DNA from: Spiribacter sp.
Lineage (GTDB): Bacteria > Pseudomonadota > Gammaproteobacteria > Nitrococcales > Nitrococcaceae
DNA length: 64,000 nt
Assembly: GCA_965658695.1 (NCBI GenBank)
Contig: CBFHTR010000002.1
Location: 58,843 to 122,842 of the forward strand
Direction of reading: 5' to 3'
Part shown: one piece after another, positions 24,119 to 34,654 of the stretch
Position numbering within the stretch: position 1 is the first letter of the stretch
Layout of the letters: every line of letters starts with the position of its first letter
Notes under the pieces: model-generated
Seen by the model: only the letters and a program-made list of their open reading frames with translations
Databases searched by the model: none
What the model was told of the DNA's origin: nothing
Translations under genes and position numbers: made by a program

Positions 24119-25489
24119 TTAATATCCCGCTGGCACCGGCTTACAAACATACCGCAAATCGGCATCAGCCGGGCCTGCTGCGGCTTTCCAGACAAAACGC
24201 CAGGCATTAGCCCTAATCTGCTCCGCGCCTGCCTGCGTCAAACCCAGCGCGCCAACCGCCAGCACCTGGCCGTCACCGGCCTCGGCCACCGGCAGCGCTG
24301 CGCGCCACCAGGGTAAAACGCCTGCCTCACGCGCGTATTCCGTCAACAACTTCTGCGGCCGCCCGGGCAATGTCACCCGCTCACCCGGCTGCGGCCTACG
24401 CAGAGAAAGCACGGTATTACACAATGGCTCAGGCACCGCAAATTCATCACTGCCTTGCGGCATCCAGCCCACTGCCCCCTGCCAGGCCACCGTCACCGCC
24501 GAGTGCATTACCCATTGCCTGCGCTCAGGTACCACTGGGCCTGTGACAGGGAGCCGGTAGAGCCAATCACCATGCCGAATCACCTGCCCATCCGACCATT
24601 CCAATTGGGGTGTTCGATCGGCCCGCGCAGACAAAAATCCCTGCAATCCAGCGCTAAGCCGACGTTGTGATGGTGCACGCATACCTGCGCGCGCAATCCA
24701 TGCACGCAAAACCGCAGCCTGCATGGGTGCGTTCATGGCGGCCAAGCCCGCAAGCGGTAATGGGCCGGTCTCATCGGCACAGAGTTGCCGGAGTTTATCT
24801 TCAAGGAGATCCTCGAGGACCCCACGCTGCTTAGCAGCAAGCCCTGCCAGACGAGCGATTGAGCGAGATGCCCGCGGCCAGCGCAACCCTAGCGCCGGCA
24901 TGATTTTCTCTCGCAGATAGTTACGATCTTGGGTGCAGCGAGCGTTGCTTGGATCTTCAATCCACTGGAGTTCCGCTTCTACCGCAATGGATTGAATCTG
25001 CACTCGCGTCAAATCGAGCAAGGGCCGCGCAAGCCAACCGCCGCCAAACCGACGATAGGCTTCAATACCGCTTAGCCCATCCGGCCCCGTGCCGCGCAGC
25101 ATTCGCAACAGCAGGGTCTCGGCCTGGTCATCAGCATGATGCCCGGTGAGCAAACAGGCCCCATCGGTAATCGAACGCGCCAATACCGCGTAACGCGCCT
25201 CGCGCGCGGCTGCCTCAATGCCAGTACCACGCGTTTTTACATCGACTTTTTCAATCGATAAAGGAATACCGCGGCTGTCACAAAACCGCCGGCAGTGCGC
25301 CGCCCAATCATCGGCAGCCGGCTGCAGCCCGTGATGCACATGCACCGCGCTGACCGGAAGCCCAGTTCGGGATGCGAGGTGGAGCAGTACTGTGGAATCT
25401 ACCCCGCCACTGAAAGCGACCACCAACCGACTAATATCGGCTGGCAGACACGCCCGAACCCAATTCGCATCGGGCGTCGTCATCGCCAT
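24119..25489 (-). CDS. tilS: tRNA(Ile)-lysidine synthetase
   Basis: PP-loop SGGVDS, HVHHG, AREARY, HHADDQAET, EDPSN, RNYLR. Confidence 0.95.
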   Translation of the reverse strand: MAMTTPDANWVRACLPADISRLVVAFSGGVDSTVLLHLASRTGLPVSAVHVHHGLQPAADDWAAHCRRFCDSRGIPLSIEKVDVKTRGTGIEAAAREARYAVLARSITDGACLLTGHHADDQAETLLLRMLRGTGPDGLSGIEAYRRFGGGWLARPLLDLTRVQIQSIAVEAELQWIEDPSNARCTQDRNYLREKIMPALGLRWPRASRSIARLAGLAAKQRGVLEDLLEDKLRQLCADETGPLPLAGLAAMNAPMQAAVLRAWIARAGMRAPSQRRLSAGLQGFLSARADRTPQLEWSDGQVIRHGDWLYRLPVTGPVVPERRQWVMHSAVTVAWQGAVGWMPQGSDEFAVPEPLCNTVLSLRRPQPGERVTLPGRPQKLLTEYAREAGVLPWWRAALPVAEAGDGQVLAVGALGLTQAGAEQIRANAWRFVWKAAAGPADADLRYVCKPVPAGY

Positions 25490-25492
25490 GGT

Positions 25493-26458
25493 TTATTGAC
25501 GGACGTGACCGAGCCCCATAAGGCGATCATGTCGTTGCAAGACAAGCGCATCGAGATCGGTGCCTTGGATCTCAGAAAGCTGCTGGCGTAGCGCGCCACC
25601 CAGGCGCTGAGCCATCTCTGCCCAGTCCCGATGAGCGCCGCCTAACGGCTCTGGGATGACCTCATCGACCAAGCCCAGCTCAGCAAGGCGCGTGGCGGTG
25701 ATACCCATTGCCTCTGCCGCATCTGCTGCACGTTCTGCACTCTTCCAAAGGATAGAAGCACAGCCCTCCGGTGAGATCACCGAGTAGGTACTGTACTGAA
25801 GCATTAACAACCGATCGCCTACACTGATGGCAAGCGCGCCGCCCGAACCACCCTCGCCAATGACAGTGCAGATGATGGGTGTGCGCAGACCAGACATGAC
25901 AAAAAGATTGCGGGCAATGGCTTCACTCTGCCCGCGCTCTTCCGCGCCGATACCCGGATAGGCCCCCGGGGTGTCGATAAAAGTAAAAATGGGCAGAGAA
26001 AAACGCTCAGCCATTTCAAACAACCGCTTGGCTTTACGATAACCCTCCGGTCGCGGCATACCGAAGTTGCGCTCAATCTTCTCACGCGTATCCCGGCCCT
26101 TCTGCTCGCTGACCACCATCACCGGTCGGCCATCAAGACGAGCAACGCCGCCAACAATCGCCGCATCATCGGCAAAGGCCCGATCGCCGTGCAGTTCTTC
26201 AAACTCAGTAAAAATGGCGTCGATATAATCCTGGGCATAAGGACGCTTGGGGTGCCGTGCCAGCTGCGCAACCTGCCAAGGCGTGAGGTTGCGAAAGATT
26301 TGCTCGGTCAGTTGACGGCTTTTTGCCCGCAGGCGACCGAGCTCCTCGCTAATGCTGACCTCGCTGTCATTGCCGACATAACGAAGCTCTTCAATCTTTG
26401 CCTCGAGCTCGGCAATCGGCCGCTCAAATTCGAGAAAATTCATTTCACTGGAAGCCAA
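25493..26458 (-). CDS. accA: Acetyl-CoA carboxylase carboxyltransferase alpha subunit
   Basis: [41 protein letters not shown]. Confidence 0.97.
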   Translation of the reverse strand: MASSEMNFLEFERPIAELEAKIEELRYVGNDSEVSISEELGRLRAKSRQLTEQIFRNLTPWQVAQLARHPKRPYAQDYIDAIFTEFEELHGDRAFADDAAIVGGVARLDGRPVMVVSEQKGRDTREKIERNFGMPRPEGYRKAKRLFEMAERFSLPIFTFIDTPGAYPGIGAEERGQSEAIARNLFVMSGLRTPIICTVIGEGGSGGALAISVGDRLLMLQYSTYSVISPEGCASILWKSAERAADAAEAMGITATRLAELGLVDEVIPEPLGGAHRDWAEMAQRLGGALRQQLSEIQGTDLDALVLQRHDRLMGLGHVRQ

Positions 26459-26490
26459 GACTGGAATCCCTATGCGTTAAATGTTGAAAG

Positions 26491-26499
26491 ATTCTAACA
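26491..26499 (-). promoter_or_regulatory. Putative extended -10 promoter for accA-tilS
   Basis: TG-T-TAGAAT on the minus strand in the dnaE-accA spacer. Confidence 0.45.
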
Positions 26500-26505
26500 T
26501 GGCCA

Positions 26506-29500
26506 TTAGCGGCGATAATCCACACTCACCGCGCCAGGCAACAAACCATCCAGGCCCTCGATTAACGCTGCAGCGGGTTGTACCCGCCATGACTCACCCA
26601 GGCGCATGCGAACCAGCGCATCCGGGCGCTCGTAGTCAATACAAACGGTGCAGTCACCAGACTGATACGGAGCCAGCGCCGATTTCAATGAATCAATAAA
26701 GCCATTGCCAGCCCGCTTGGCGTCCACTCGCAGCACAAGACGCCGGGCAAAGGCCGCTCGTGCACCAGCAAGATCATGCAGGCGCTCAGCAGAGACCCGG
26801 TAGCCATCGCTGAATTCATCGTAGCCAAGATCGCCTTCAATCACGATCAGATGATCCTTCTCGAGCAGGCTGCGATAGCGCTGAAATGTATCGCCAAACA
26901 AAGCCACCTCAATCCGCGCGGTCCGGTCATCCAACGTGACAAAGCCAATACGCCGGCCACTCTGAGTCACCCGCGTCCTGACAGCCACGACAAGCCCGGC
27001 AAGCACCACGCGCTTCTCACCGCCACGACGGCCCGGTGTTTTCTCAACCCCGGCACCGGTGGCCGCGTGGCTCAGTCGACAGGTGATGAACTCGGCAAGC
27101 TCTGTCTCATGCTCATCAATGGGATGACCGGTGAGATAAAGTCCAAGCGTTTCTTTCTCAGCACGCAATCGCTCCGCTTCATCCCACTCATCGATCTTAA
27201 TGCGCTTAACCGGCGCTGGAGCATCCGCAGCCGCGCCGCCAATACCAAACAAATCATCCTGCCCCAACTCACTGTTGCGGCTGTGCTGCTCGGCGGCCTG
27301 CAGAGCGTCAGGTAATTCCGCCATCGCCGATGCTCGATTACTGCCAAGCCCATCGAGGCTGCCGGAGCGTATTAATGCCTCAAGGACACGGCGGTTCACT
27401 CGGCGCAAATCCACGCGCCGGCACAGATCGGGCAGATCCTTGAACGGGCCATCGGCCTCACGGGCCTGAACAATGGCTTCCACTGCCGAGAAACCCACGC
27501 CCTTCAACGCCCCAAGGCCGTAAATAATGCCGCCCCCCTCAGGGGCCCGAAACATCCACTCCGAGCGGTTGATGTCCGGCGGCGAGACCTCGATCGACAT
27601 GGCACGGCATTCCTCAATTAGCGTGACCACCTTATCGGTGTTATCCATATCCGAGGAGAGCACCGCTGCCATAAAGGCTGCTGGATAATGCGCCTTAAGC
27701 CAGGCGGTTTGATAAGAGAGCAACGCATAAGCCGCCGAGTGGGACTTATTAAACCCATAGCCGGCAAACTTCTCCATCAGATCAAACAGCCCTTCAGCGT
27801 GCTGTTTGGAAAGCCCCTGGCCCTGTGCGCCCTCCAGGAAAATACTGCGCTGCTTGGCCATTTCCTCTGGCTTTTTCTTACCCATTGCCCGGCGCAGCAA
27901 ATCCGCCTCACCCAGACTGTAGCCACCAACCGCCTGGGCAATCTGCATGACCTGCTCCTGATACAGAATCACGCCATAGGTGGGTTTTAAGATGGGCTTG
28001 AGCGCATCATGGTGTAGTTCAGGGGTTGGATAAGCCACCGGCTTGCGACCATGTTTGCGATCAATGAAATCCTCAACCATGCCGGATTGCAGCGGCCCGG
28101 GCCGGAATAACGCCACCAACGCCACGATGTCTTCAAACGAGTCCGGCCGCAGCCGGCGAATCAGATCCTTCATCCCGCGGGATTCAAGCTGAAAGACCGC
28201 TGTGGTCTGGCATTCCTTGAGTCGCTCAAAAGTCTGCCGATCATCAAGCGGAATATGCGAGATATCGATCGGGGTCTCGCCCTTGGCCAAAAGCTGGGCA
28301 TTCACCGCTTTCACCGTCCAATCAATGATCGTGAGGGTGCGCAGGCCAAGAAAATCAAATTTCACTAAGCCCACGGCCTCGACATCATCTTTGTCGAACT
28401 GCGTGGCCAGCCCACTGCCATCGGGCTCGCAATAAAGGGGCGCGAAATCCGTTAAATCACTCGGGGCAATGACCACACCACCAGCATGCTTACCCACATT
28501 GCGGGAGAGCCCTTCCAGCCTGCTGGCAAGATCAAGTAAAAAGCGCACCTCTTCGTCTTGCTCATAGAGCTCACGTAGGTCCGCCTCCTGCGCCAGTGCC
28601 TTTTCAAGCGTCATACCGATTTCAAACGGAATCAACTTGGCAATTCGGTCGACATAGCCATAGCCATGCCCCAGTACCCGGCCAACATCACGCACCACGG
28701 CTCGGGCGGCCATCGTGCCGTGCGTGGCAATCTGCGAGACCTTCTCGCGGCCGTAATAATCCGCCACATAGTCGATCACCTGATCGCGCTTTTCCATGCA
28801 GAAGTCGACGTCAAAATCCGGCATAGAAACCCGCTCAGGGTTCAGGAAGCGCTCAAACAACAAATCGTAGCGCAGCGGGTCGAGATCGGTGATATCAAGC
28901 GCATAGGCCACCAATGAACCGGCACCTGAACCTCGGCCCGGCCCAACGGGAATATCCTGTGACTTGGCCCAACGAATAAAGTCGGCAACGATCAGGAAAT
29001 AGCCCGGAAAACCCATTTCCATGATGACATCAAGTTCATGCTCAAGGCGGGCCTCGTACTCGTGTTGTTCTCCTCCCGGGGTACCCAGCGCCTCAATTCG
29101 CCGGGCGAGCCCCGCACGTGATTGCTCGCGCAGGTACTCATCAATGGTTTTCCCCTCAGGCACCGGGAAGTCCGGCAACACATTCCGGCCCAAAGTCAGC
29201 GAGAGGTTACAGCGCCTGGCAATGGCAAGCGTGTTCTCAAGTGCCTCGGGTAGATCGCAAAAGCGCTCGGCCATTTCCTCGGGCGAGGCTAGATACTGCG
29301 CATCGGTGTAAATCCGGGGCCTTGCCTGATCGTGCAGAATACGTCCGTCATGAATACAGACGCGGGCCTCATGGGCCTCAAAGTCGTCCCGGCTAAGAAA
29401 GCGCACATCATTGGTGGCAACCACCGGCACCGCCGTTTTTTCCGCGAGTGCGACAGCAGCATGGACATGATCTTCATCACCCGGGCGATTCAACCGCTGC

Positions 29501-30003
29501 AGCTCCAGATAGAACCGATCGCCAAAGCGTTGCTGCCAGAACTGCAGCCGCGACTGCGCGAGGGCCTGATCACCGGCAACAAGCGCCTCGCCCACATCGC
29601 CGCGCGCCCCGCCGGAGAGCACAATCAACCCCTCGTTGAATTCATCCAGCCAGCGCCGATCCACCAGTGGCAGCCCCTGGTCCTGGCCCTGCAAGTAACT
29701 GGCGGTGATTAAACGCGTGAGCGAGGCATAGCCGGCATCGTCCATACAAAGGAATGTCAGGACGTGATGGCCATCGCGCCGATCATCGGCAATGCGCAAA
29801 TCCGCACCAATGATCGGCTTGACCCCAGCGGCAATCGCAGCACGATAAAACTTGACCATGCCAAAAAGATTGCCCTGGTCGGTAATCGCGACTGCCGGCA
29901 TACCATCACGCGCGGCCGCCTCGACCAAGGGTTTGACGCGAACCACCCCATCAATCAAGGAAAATTCGGTATGCAGATGCAGATGAACGAAGCCGGATGA
30001 CAT
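26506..30003 (-). CDS. dnaE: DNA polymerase III alpha subunit
   Basis: PHP FVHLHLHTEFS, GPGRGSGAGS, SMPDFDVDF, GYGFNKSHS, C-terminal OB fold; normal length, no intein seen. Confidence 0.98.
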   Translation of the reverse strand: MSSGFVHLHLHTEFSLIDGVVRVKPLVEAAARDGMPAVAITDQGNLFGMVKFYRAAIAAGVKPIIGADLRIADDRRDGHHVLTFLCMDDAGYASLTRLITASYLQGQDQGLPLVDRRWLDEFNEGLIVLSGGARGDVGEALVAGDQALAQSRLQFWQQRFGDRFYLELQRLNRPGDEDHVHAAVALAEKTAVPVVATNDVRFLSRDDFEAHEARVCIHDGRILHDQARPRIYTDAQYLASPEEMAERFCDLPEALENTLAIARRCNLSLTLGRNVLPDFPVPEGKTIDEYLREQSRAGLARRIEALGTPGGEQHEYEARLEHELDVIMEMGFPGYFLIVADFIRWAKSQDIPVGPGRGSGAGSLVAYALDITDLDPLRYDLLFERFLNPERVSMPDFDVDFCMEKRDQVIDYVADYYGREKVSQIATHGTMAARAVVRDVGRVLGHGYGYVDRIAKLIPFEIGMTLEKALAQEADLRELYEQDEEVRFLLDLASRLEGLSRNVGKHAGGVVIAPSDLTDFAPLYCEPDGSGLATQFDKDDVEAVGLVKFDFLGLRTLTIIDWTVKAVNAQLLAKGETPIDISHIPLDDRQTFERLKECQTTAVFQLESRGMKDLIRRLRPDSFEDIVALVALFRPGPLQSGMVEDFIDRKHGRKPVAYPTPELHHDALKPILKPTYGVILYQEQVMQIAQAVGGYSLGEADLLRRAMGKKKPEEMAKQRSIFLEGAQGQGLSKQHAEGLFDLMEKFAGYGFNKSHSAAYALLSYQTAWLKAHYPAAFMAAVLSSDMDNTDKVVTLIEECRAMSIEVSPPDINRSEWMFRAPEGGGIIYGLGALKGVGFSAVEAIVQAREADGPFKDLPDLCRRVDLRRVNRRVLEALIRSGSLDGLGSNRASAMAELPDALQAAEQHSRNSELGQDDLFGIGGAAADAPAPVKRIKIDEWDEAERLRAEKETLGLYLTGHPIDEHETELAEFITCRLSHAATGAGVEKTPGRRGGEKRVVLAGLVVAVRTRVTQSGRRIGFVTLDDRTARIEVALFGDTFQRYRSLLEKDHLIVIEGDLGYDEFSDGYRVSAERLHDLAGARAAFARRLVLRVDAKRAGNGFIDSLKSALAPYQSGDCTVCIDYERPDALVRMRLGESWRVQPAAALIEGLDGLLPGAVSVDYRR

Positions 30004-30081
30004 ACTGATTCCCAAAAAATACGCCCTAACATGATAGCGCATGGACTGGTCGGATGCTGTCGATTACGCCATCATGCGCGC

Positions 30082-30867
30082 ATGTCAGAGACCTCGATTC
30101 ACCCAAGCGCAATCGTTGACCCAAAAGCCCAGCTGGGCGTTGGTGTCCAGGTAAGTGCTTATGCGGTGATTGGCGCGGATGTCGAAATTGGTGATCACTG
30201 CGTGATCGGGCCACATGCGGTATTGGAAGGGCCAATGAGCCTTGGCCCACGCAACCAAATCTCCGCTCATGCCACCCTTGGGCTGCCCCCACAGGATAAC
30301 GGTTATCAAGGCGAGCCGACACGACTGGAAATTGGGGCTGACAATCAGTTGCGCGAGTTTGTGACCATCCACCGCGCCAGCACCAAAGAAAACGGCGTCA
30401 CCCGCCTGGGTGAGCGCAACCTACTGATGGCCTACAGCCATGTCGGGCATGACGGCCAACTTGGCAGCGACATCACCATCTCCAATGCCTCGCAACTTGC
30501 AGGGCATGTCCATGTTGCTGATCGCGCTTACATCTCCGCGGTCTGCGGCATTCATCAATTTGTTCATATCGGCACGCTTGCCATGGTCGGCGGCGGAGCG
30601 GTCGTCACACAGGATGTCGCACCCTACTCCATGGTGGCCGGCAATCGAGCAAGACTGCGCGGGCTTAACACCCGAGGAATGGAGCGTGCGGGCATGGATC
30701 GCACAACTCGGCGATTACTACGCCGGTGCTATCAGACTATTTTTCGCAGCGGACATCCGCTTGCCGATGCGCTGGCGGCTATTGAAGCCGACACGGAGCT
30801 AGAACATCCAGCGATTACCGAAATGCTCACATTTATTCGCAACAGCGACCGGGGTGTGATTCGATGA
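30082..30867 (+). CDS. lpxA: Second LpxA paralog; predicted UDP-GlcNAc3N N-acyltransferase
   Basis: IHPSAIVDP hexapeptide repeats, PQD, REFVTIHR, catalytic MAYSHVGHD, LAGHV, HQF, helical C-terminal domain ending SDRGVIR. Confidence 0.88.
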   Translation: MSETSIHPSAIVDPKAQLGVGVQVSAYAVIGADVEIGDHCVIGPHAVLEGPMSLGPRNQISAHATLGLPPQDNGYQGEPTRLEIGADNQLREFVTIHRASTKENGVTRLGERNLLMAYSHVGHDGQLGSDITISNASQLAGHVHVADRAYISAVCGIHQFVHIGTLAMVGGGAVVTQDVAPYSMVAGNRARLRGLNTRGMERAGMDRTTRRLLRRCYQTIFRSGHPLADALAAIEADTELEHPAITEMLTFIRNSDRGVIR

Positions 30868-31811
30868 CAAAGCTTCGCACAGCAGTGGTTGGCGTTGGTT
30901 ATCTGGGCCGCTTTCACGCCCAGAAATATGCCGCGCATCCGGCATGTGATCTGGTTGCAGTTGTCGATTCCGACCCGCAACGGGCCAAAGCCGTTGCAGC
31001 CGAGCTGGATTGCAAGGCATTAACCGATCTCGGTGAGCTGAACGGCCTGGTGGATGCTGTGAGCATTGTCACGCCCACCCGCCTGCACCACGCAATGGCA
31101 ATGCCCCTTTTACAAGCCGGCATTCACCTGTTGGTGGAAAAGCCTATGACCACCACACTGGATGAGGCCGATGCATTAATTGCCACGGCTGATCAACATG
31201 GCTGCCTATTACAGGTGGGGCATCTGGAGCGATTCAATCCCGCGATGGTGGTCGCGGCGGCTGAAGTCAGCGACCCACTGTTTATTGAATCGCACCGCAT
31301 CGCCCCATTTAATCCGCGCGGCGCCGATGTCAGTGTGGTCCTGGACTTAATGATTCACGATATTGATTTAATTCTTGAGCTAGTTGATGCGCCCCTCGAG
31401 CAAATGGATGCGAGCGGTGCCGCAGTTATCTCCGGGGATATTGATATTGCCAACGCCCGCCTTCGCTTTGGCAATGGTTGTATCGCCAATGTCACCGCCA
31501 GCCGGGTCAGCCCGAAGGCAGAACGGCGCATGCGCATTTTTCAACGCAACGCTTATCTAGCGCTTGATCTGCAGAAAGGCGTATTGGATATTCAGCGCCG
31601 AGATGCACAGGACGATGCCCCACCCAGCATGGAGCAAATCCAGCATGAACGACGCGAAGCCGGCCTGAACGATGCGCTGGCCGATGAAATCGATGCCTTT
31701 CTCACGGCCATCGGCAACCGCGCCGCCCCCGTGGTTAGCGGTACCGACGGGCGCCGCGCACTGGCCGCGGCCATTGAGATTGGGCATCAATTAACCAGGA
31801 ACCCCCTATGA
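30864..31811 (+). CDS. gnnA: GnnA-like NAD-dependent UDP-GlcNAc 3-dehydrogenase (Gfo/Idh/MocA)
   Basis: GVGYLGRFHAQKY, LLVEKP, QVGHLERFNP, DVSVVLDLMIHDID, NVTASRVS; ATGA-coupled to lpxA2. Confidence 0.82.
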   Translation: MTKLRTAVVGVGYLGRFHAQKYAAHPACDLVAVVDSDPQRAKAVAAELDCKALTDLGELNGLVDAVSIVTPTRLHHAMAMPLLQAGIHLLVEKPMTTTLDEADALIATADQHGCLLQVGHLERFNPAMVVAAAEVSDPLFIESHRIAPFNPRGADVSVVLDLMIHDIDLILELVDAPLEQMDASGAAVISGDIDIANARLRFGNGCIANVTASRVSPKAERRMRIFQRNAYLALDLQKGVLDIQRRDAQDDAPPSMEQIQHERREAGLNDALADEIDAFLTAIGNRAAPVVSGTDGRRALAAAIEIGHQLTRNPL

Positions 31812-32932
31812 GCGCACACACCCCGATTCCAATGGTTGATTTGACGGCGCAGTATCCATTAGTGCGCGAAGCCATTGAATCCGGCCTCCACCAGGCCCTG
31901 GATGAGGCGAAGTTCATCATGGGCCCGAATGTCCAGGCTTTTGAAGGAGAAGCGGCCGATTATCTGGGCGCAAAACATGCCATTGGGGTTGCCTCTGGCA
32001 CTGACGCCCTACACCTGGCGTTGCTGGGCGCGGGGATCAAAGCCGGTGATGAAGTCATCACAACGCCGTTTAGTTTTATCGCCACGGCCGAGGCCATTTG
32101 TTACGTCGGCGCGAAACCAGTGTTTGTGGATATTGACCCCAGAACATTCAATCTTGACCCAAAAGCGGTTGAGGCGGCTGTTACTGGTCGAACGCGCGCG
32201 ATTATCCCAGTCCATCTATTCGGCCAGCCGGCCGATATGCCGGCCATCGAAGCAATCGCCAAACGCCATGCACTTGCCATCGTTGAGGATTGTGCTCAAT
32301 CCTTTGGCGCTGATATCGAAGGTCGCATGACGGGGACAATCGGTGTGACTGGGGCGTTCAGTTTCTTTCCAAGTAAAAACTTGGGCGGTTATGGCGACGG
32401 CGGATTAGTGACAACCAACGACAAGGCCATCGCTGAGCAGATTAAAATGCTGCGCAACCACGGCAGTGAGCGCCGGTATTATCACGACCGCATTGGCTAT
32501 AACAGCCGGCTCGATGAACTACAGGCTGTCATTTTGCGCGCCAAACTGCCGCATATTGAGAGCTTCAACCAGGCAAGACACCGCGTGGCAAGCCGCTACA
32601 GCGAGGGCCTAAGGGATATTGCCGGGGTGACCGTGCCGTATGAAGATGGCATCGGCCAGCATGTCTATCATCAATACACCCTGCTCTGTGCTGAGCCGCA
32701 GCAGCGAGAGATGATCATGGCCGCGCTTGCTGCCGAGGACATTGCCTCGGCTATCTACTACCCAGTGCCGTTGCATCAGCAGAATGCATTTCAGTCAGAA
32801 GGCGACGGAGCGACGACCGCCCTACCGGTTGCCGAATCAGTGGCTCAGCGGTGTTTTTCTCTGCCCATTTACCCGGAGTTGGCAGACACCGATATTGATC
32901 GGGTTATAGCGGCAGTTCGCGCTGCGCTATAG
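31808..32932 (+). CDS. gnnB: GnnB-like DegT/DnrJ/EryC1 aminotransferase (UDP-3-keto-GlcNAc transaminase)
   Basis: [39 protein letters not shown] (PLP Lys), NSRLDELQA; ATGA-coupled to gnnA. Confidence 0.8.
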   Translation: MSAHTPIPMVDLTAQYPLVREAIESGLHQALDEAKFIMGPNVQAFEGEAADYLGAKHAIGVASGTDALHLALLGAGIKAGDEVITTPFSFIATAEAICYVGAKPVFVDIDPRTFNLDPKAVEAAVTGRTRAIIPVHLFGQPADMPAIEAIAKRHALAIVEDCAQSFGADIEGRMTGTIGVTGAFSFFPSKNLGGYGDGGLVTTNDKAIAEQIKMLRNHGSERRYYHDRIGYNSRLDELQAVILRAKLPHIESFNQARHRVASRYSEGLRDIAGVTVPYEDGIGQHVYHQYTLLCAEPQQREMIMAALAAEDIASAIYYPVPLHQQNAFQSEGDGATTALPVAESVAQRCFSLPIYPELADTDIDRVIAAVRAAL

Positions 32933-33500
32933 CCGCACGCACCGGGGCAAAAGACCGGCGGTGGGCCGGTGTTGGCCCCAGTTGCGCCAGACAGGCACGA
33001 TGCTCGGCAGTGGGATACCCCATATGCCGATCAAATCCATACCCGGGATACTGATCGTGTAGCTCGAGCAAACACCGGTCACGATGCACTTTGGCGATAA
33101 TCGATGCCGCCGCAATCGCCGGAACCTGCCCGTCACCACCAACAATGGCTTGGGCTGGCCGATCAAAAACCGGCAAATCATTCCCATCCACCAAGATCTT
33201 GCCCGGCGATGGCTGCAGCGCTGCAACAGCGCGCTGCATAGCTAGGTGGGTAGCCCCACGAATATTCAGTGCATCGATTTCCTCAACACTGGCACTAGCA
33301 ATCGCAAAGGCATACGCCTGCTGCCGAATCTCTTCGTCCAAAGCCTCTCGCCGCCGGGCGCTGAGCTTTTTTGAATCCCGTAGCGCCGACCAATCCAGAT
33401 GGGGCGACAGGCAGACCGCTGCGGCCACTACAGGCCCAGCCAGCGGCCCCCGACCGACCTCATCGACGCCGGCGACATGCGTCTCAATGGCGATACTCAA
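32904..33500 (-). CDS. rnhB: Ribonuclease HII
   Basis: [39 protein letters not shown]. Confidence 0.97.
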   Translation of the reverse strand: MSIAIETHVAGVDEVGRGPLAGPVVAAAVCLSPHLDWSALRDSKKLSARRREALDEEIRQQAYAFAIASASVEEIDALNIRGATHLAMQRAVAALQPSPGKILVDGNDLPVFDRPAQAIVGGDGQVPAIAAASIIAKVHRDRCLLELHDQYPGYGFDRHMGYPTAEHRACLAQLGPTPAHRRSFAPVRAAIAQRELPL

Positions 33501-34639
33501 TCGGTGATCCTCTGCTGGATGAGTCCCAGTGAGGCCTCGGCCGCACGATAACTCGCATCCTGGCGCAATAAACCATGCAATTGAGCAAACCGCGCAGCCA
33601 GTCGCTCTCGGCTATCCGGGCTTTCAATTAAACGCGCAATCGCCGGGGTTATTCGCTTAGCCGTCGCCTCATCTTGGGTAAACTCCGGCATGATCATCTC
33701 GCCGGCCATTAAGTTGGGCATGGCAAAAAAGGAAATCGTCAGACTGCGCTGTGCCAGAAATGCGGTGAGTCGATTAACCTGATAGGCCATCACTGCGGGG
33801 CATTTAGAGAGCATCGCCTCCAGTGTGGCCGTTCCCGAGGCCACTAAGGCCGCATCCGCTGCCGCCAATGCCGTGCGGGCGTTACCGCTGATAACCGTGA
33901 CATCACTAAGCCCGGTTGCGGGAAGCTTTGCTTCGATATACCGCTGCAGCACTGGCGTGGCGGCCGGAAGGACAAACTTCATTTGCGGCCAGCGCGTTTT
34001 TAATCGTCGCGCCGTTTCACCGAATATCGGTAACAGCCGATCAACTTCGCTGCGTCGACTACCGGGCAATATCGCCAGTAATTGATCGGCATTGGTATAG
34101 CCCAGGCTTTGACGTGCGGCCAAATGATCCGGCTCAAGCGGGATCACATCGGCAAGCGGATGACCAACAAAGACCGAATCAATATTCTGTTGGGCAAAGA
34201 AATCCCGTTCAAATGGATAGATGCAGAGCACACGATCCACAGCTTTGCGCAACGCATGCACTCTTTTTTGACGCCAAGCCCAAACGGTGGGACTGACATA
34301 TTGAATGGTGGGGATGCCCGCTGCTTTGAGACTTTTGGCGATGCCCAGATTAAAGTCTGGTGCATCGATGCCGATAAATAAATCCGGTGGATTTTTAAGC
34401 CAGCGCCGGCGCAGTGTTTTGCGGATGCCCAGCAAACGCGGCAGATGCGCGATCACCTCCACCACACCCATCACCGAGAGGGATTCCAGGGGGTAGAGCG
34501 ATTTTAGACCGGCGGCGGTCATATGCTCCCCGCCGACCCCCTCGAATTCCGCATCCGGATGGGCTTCGCGCAGGGCCTTAATTAAGCCGCCACCCAGATA
34601 ATCGCCCGAAGGTTCTCCTGCGACCAGCGCGATCTTCAT
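33497..34639 (-). CDS. lpxB: Lipid-A-disaccharide synthase
   Basis: [44 protein letters not shown]. Confidence 0.97.
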   Translation of the reverse strand: MKIALVAGEPSGDYLGGGLIKALREAHPDAEFEGVGGEHMTAAGLKSLYPLESLSVMGVVEVIAHLPRLLGIRKTLRRRWLKNPPDLFIGIDAPDFNLGIAKSLKAAGIPTIQYVSPTVWAWRQKRVHALRKAVDRVLCIYPFERDFFAQQNIDSVFVGHPLADVIPLEPDHLAARQSLGYTNADQLLAILPGSRRSEVDRLLPIFGETARRLKTRWPQMKFVLPAATPVLQRYIEAKLPATGLSDVTVISGNARTALAAADAALVASGTATLEAMLSKCPAVMAYQVNRLTAFLAQRSLTISFFAMPNLMAGEMIMPEFTQDEATAKRITPAIARLIESPDSRERLAARFAQLHGLLRQDASYRAAEASLGLIQQRITD

Positions 34640-34654
34640 CGGCACTGTGCCGTC

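Noticed and set aside
26506-30003. Intein or programmed frameshift in dnaE
   Set aside because: Normal length, continuous frame, and no intein splice motifs seen.
30082-32932. Reading the cassette as WbpD/WbpB/WbpE (WlbABC) O-antigen diacetamido-uronic acid genes
   Set aside because: The acyltransferase is a full-length LpxA with its C-terminal helical domain, not a short WbpD. No UDP-GlcNAc 6-dehydrogenase, epimerase or glycosyltransferase is nearby, and the cassette sits in the lipid A locus.
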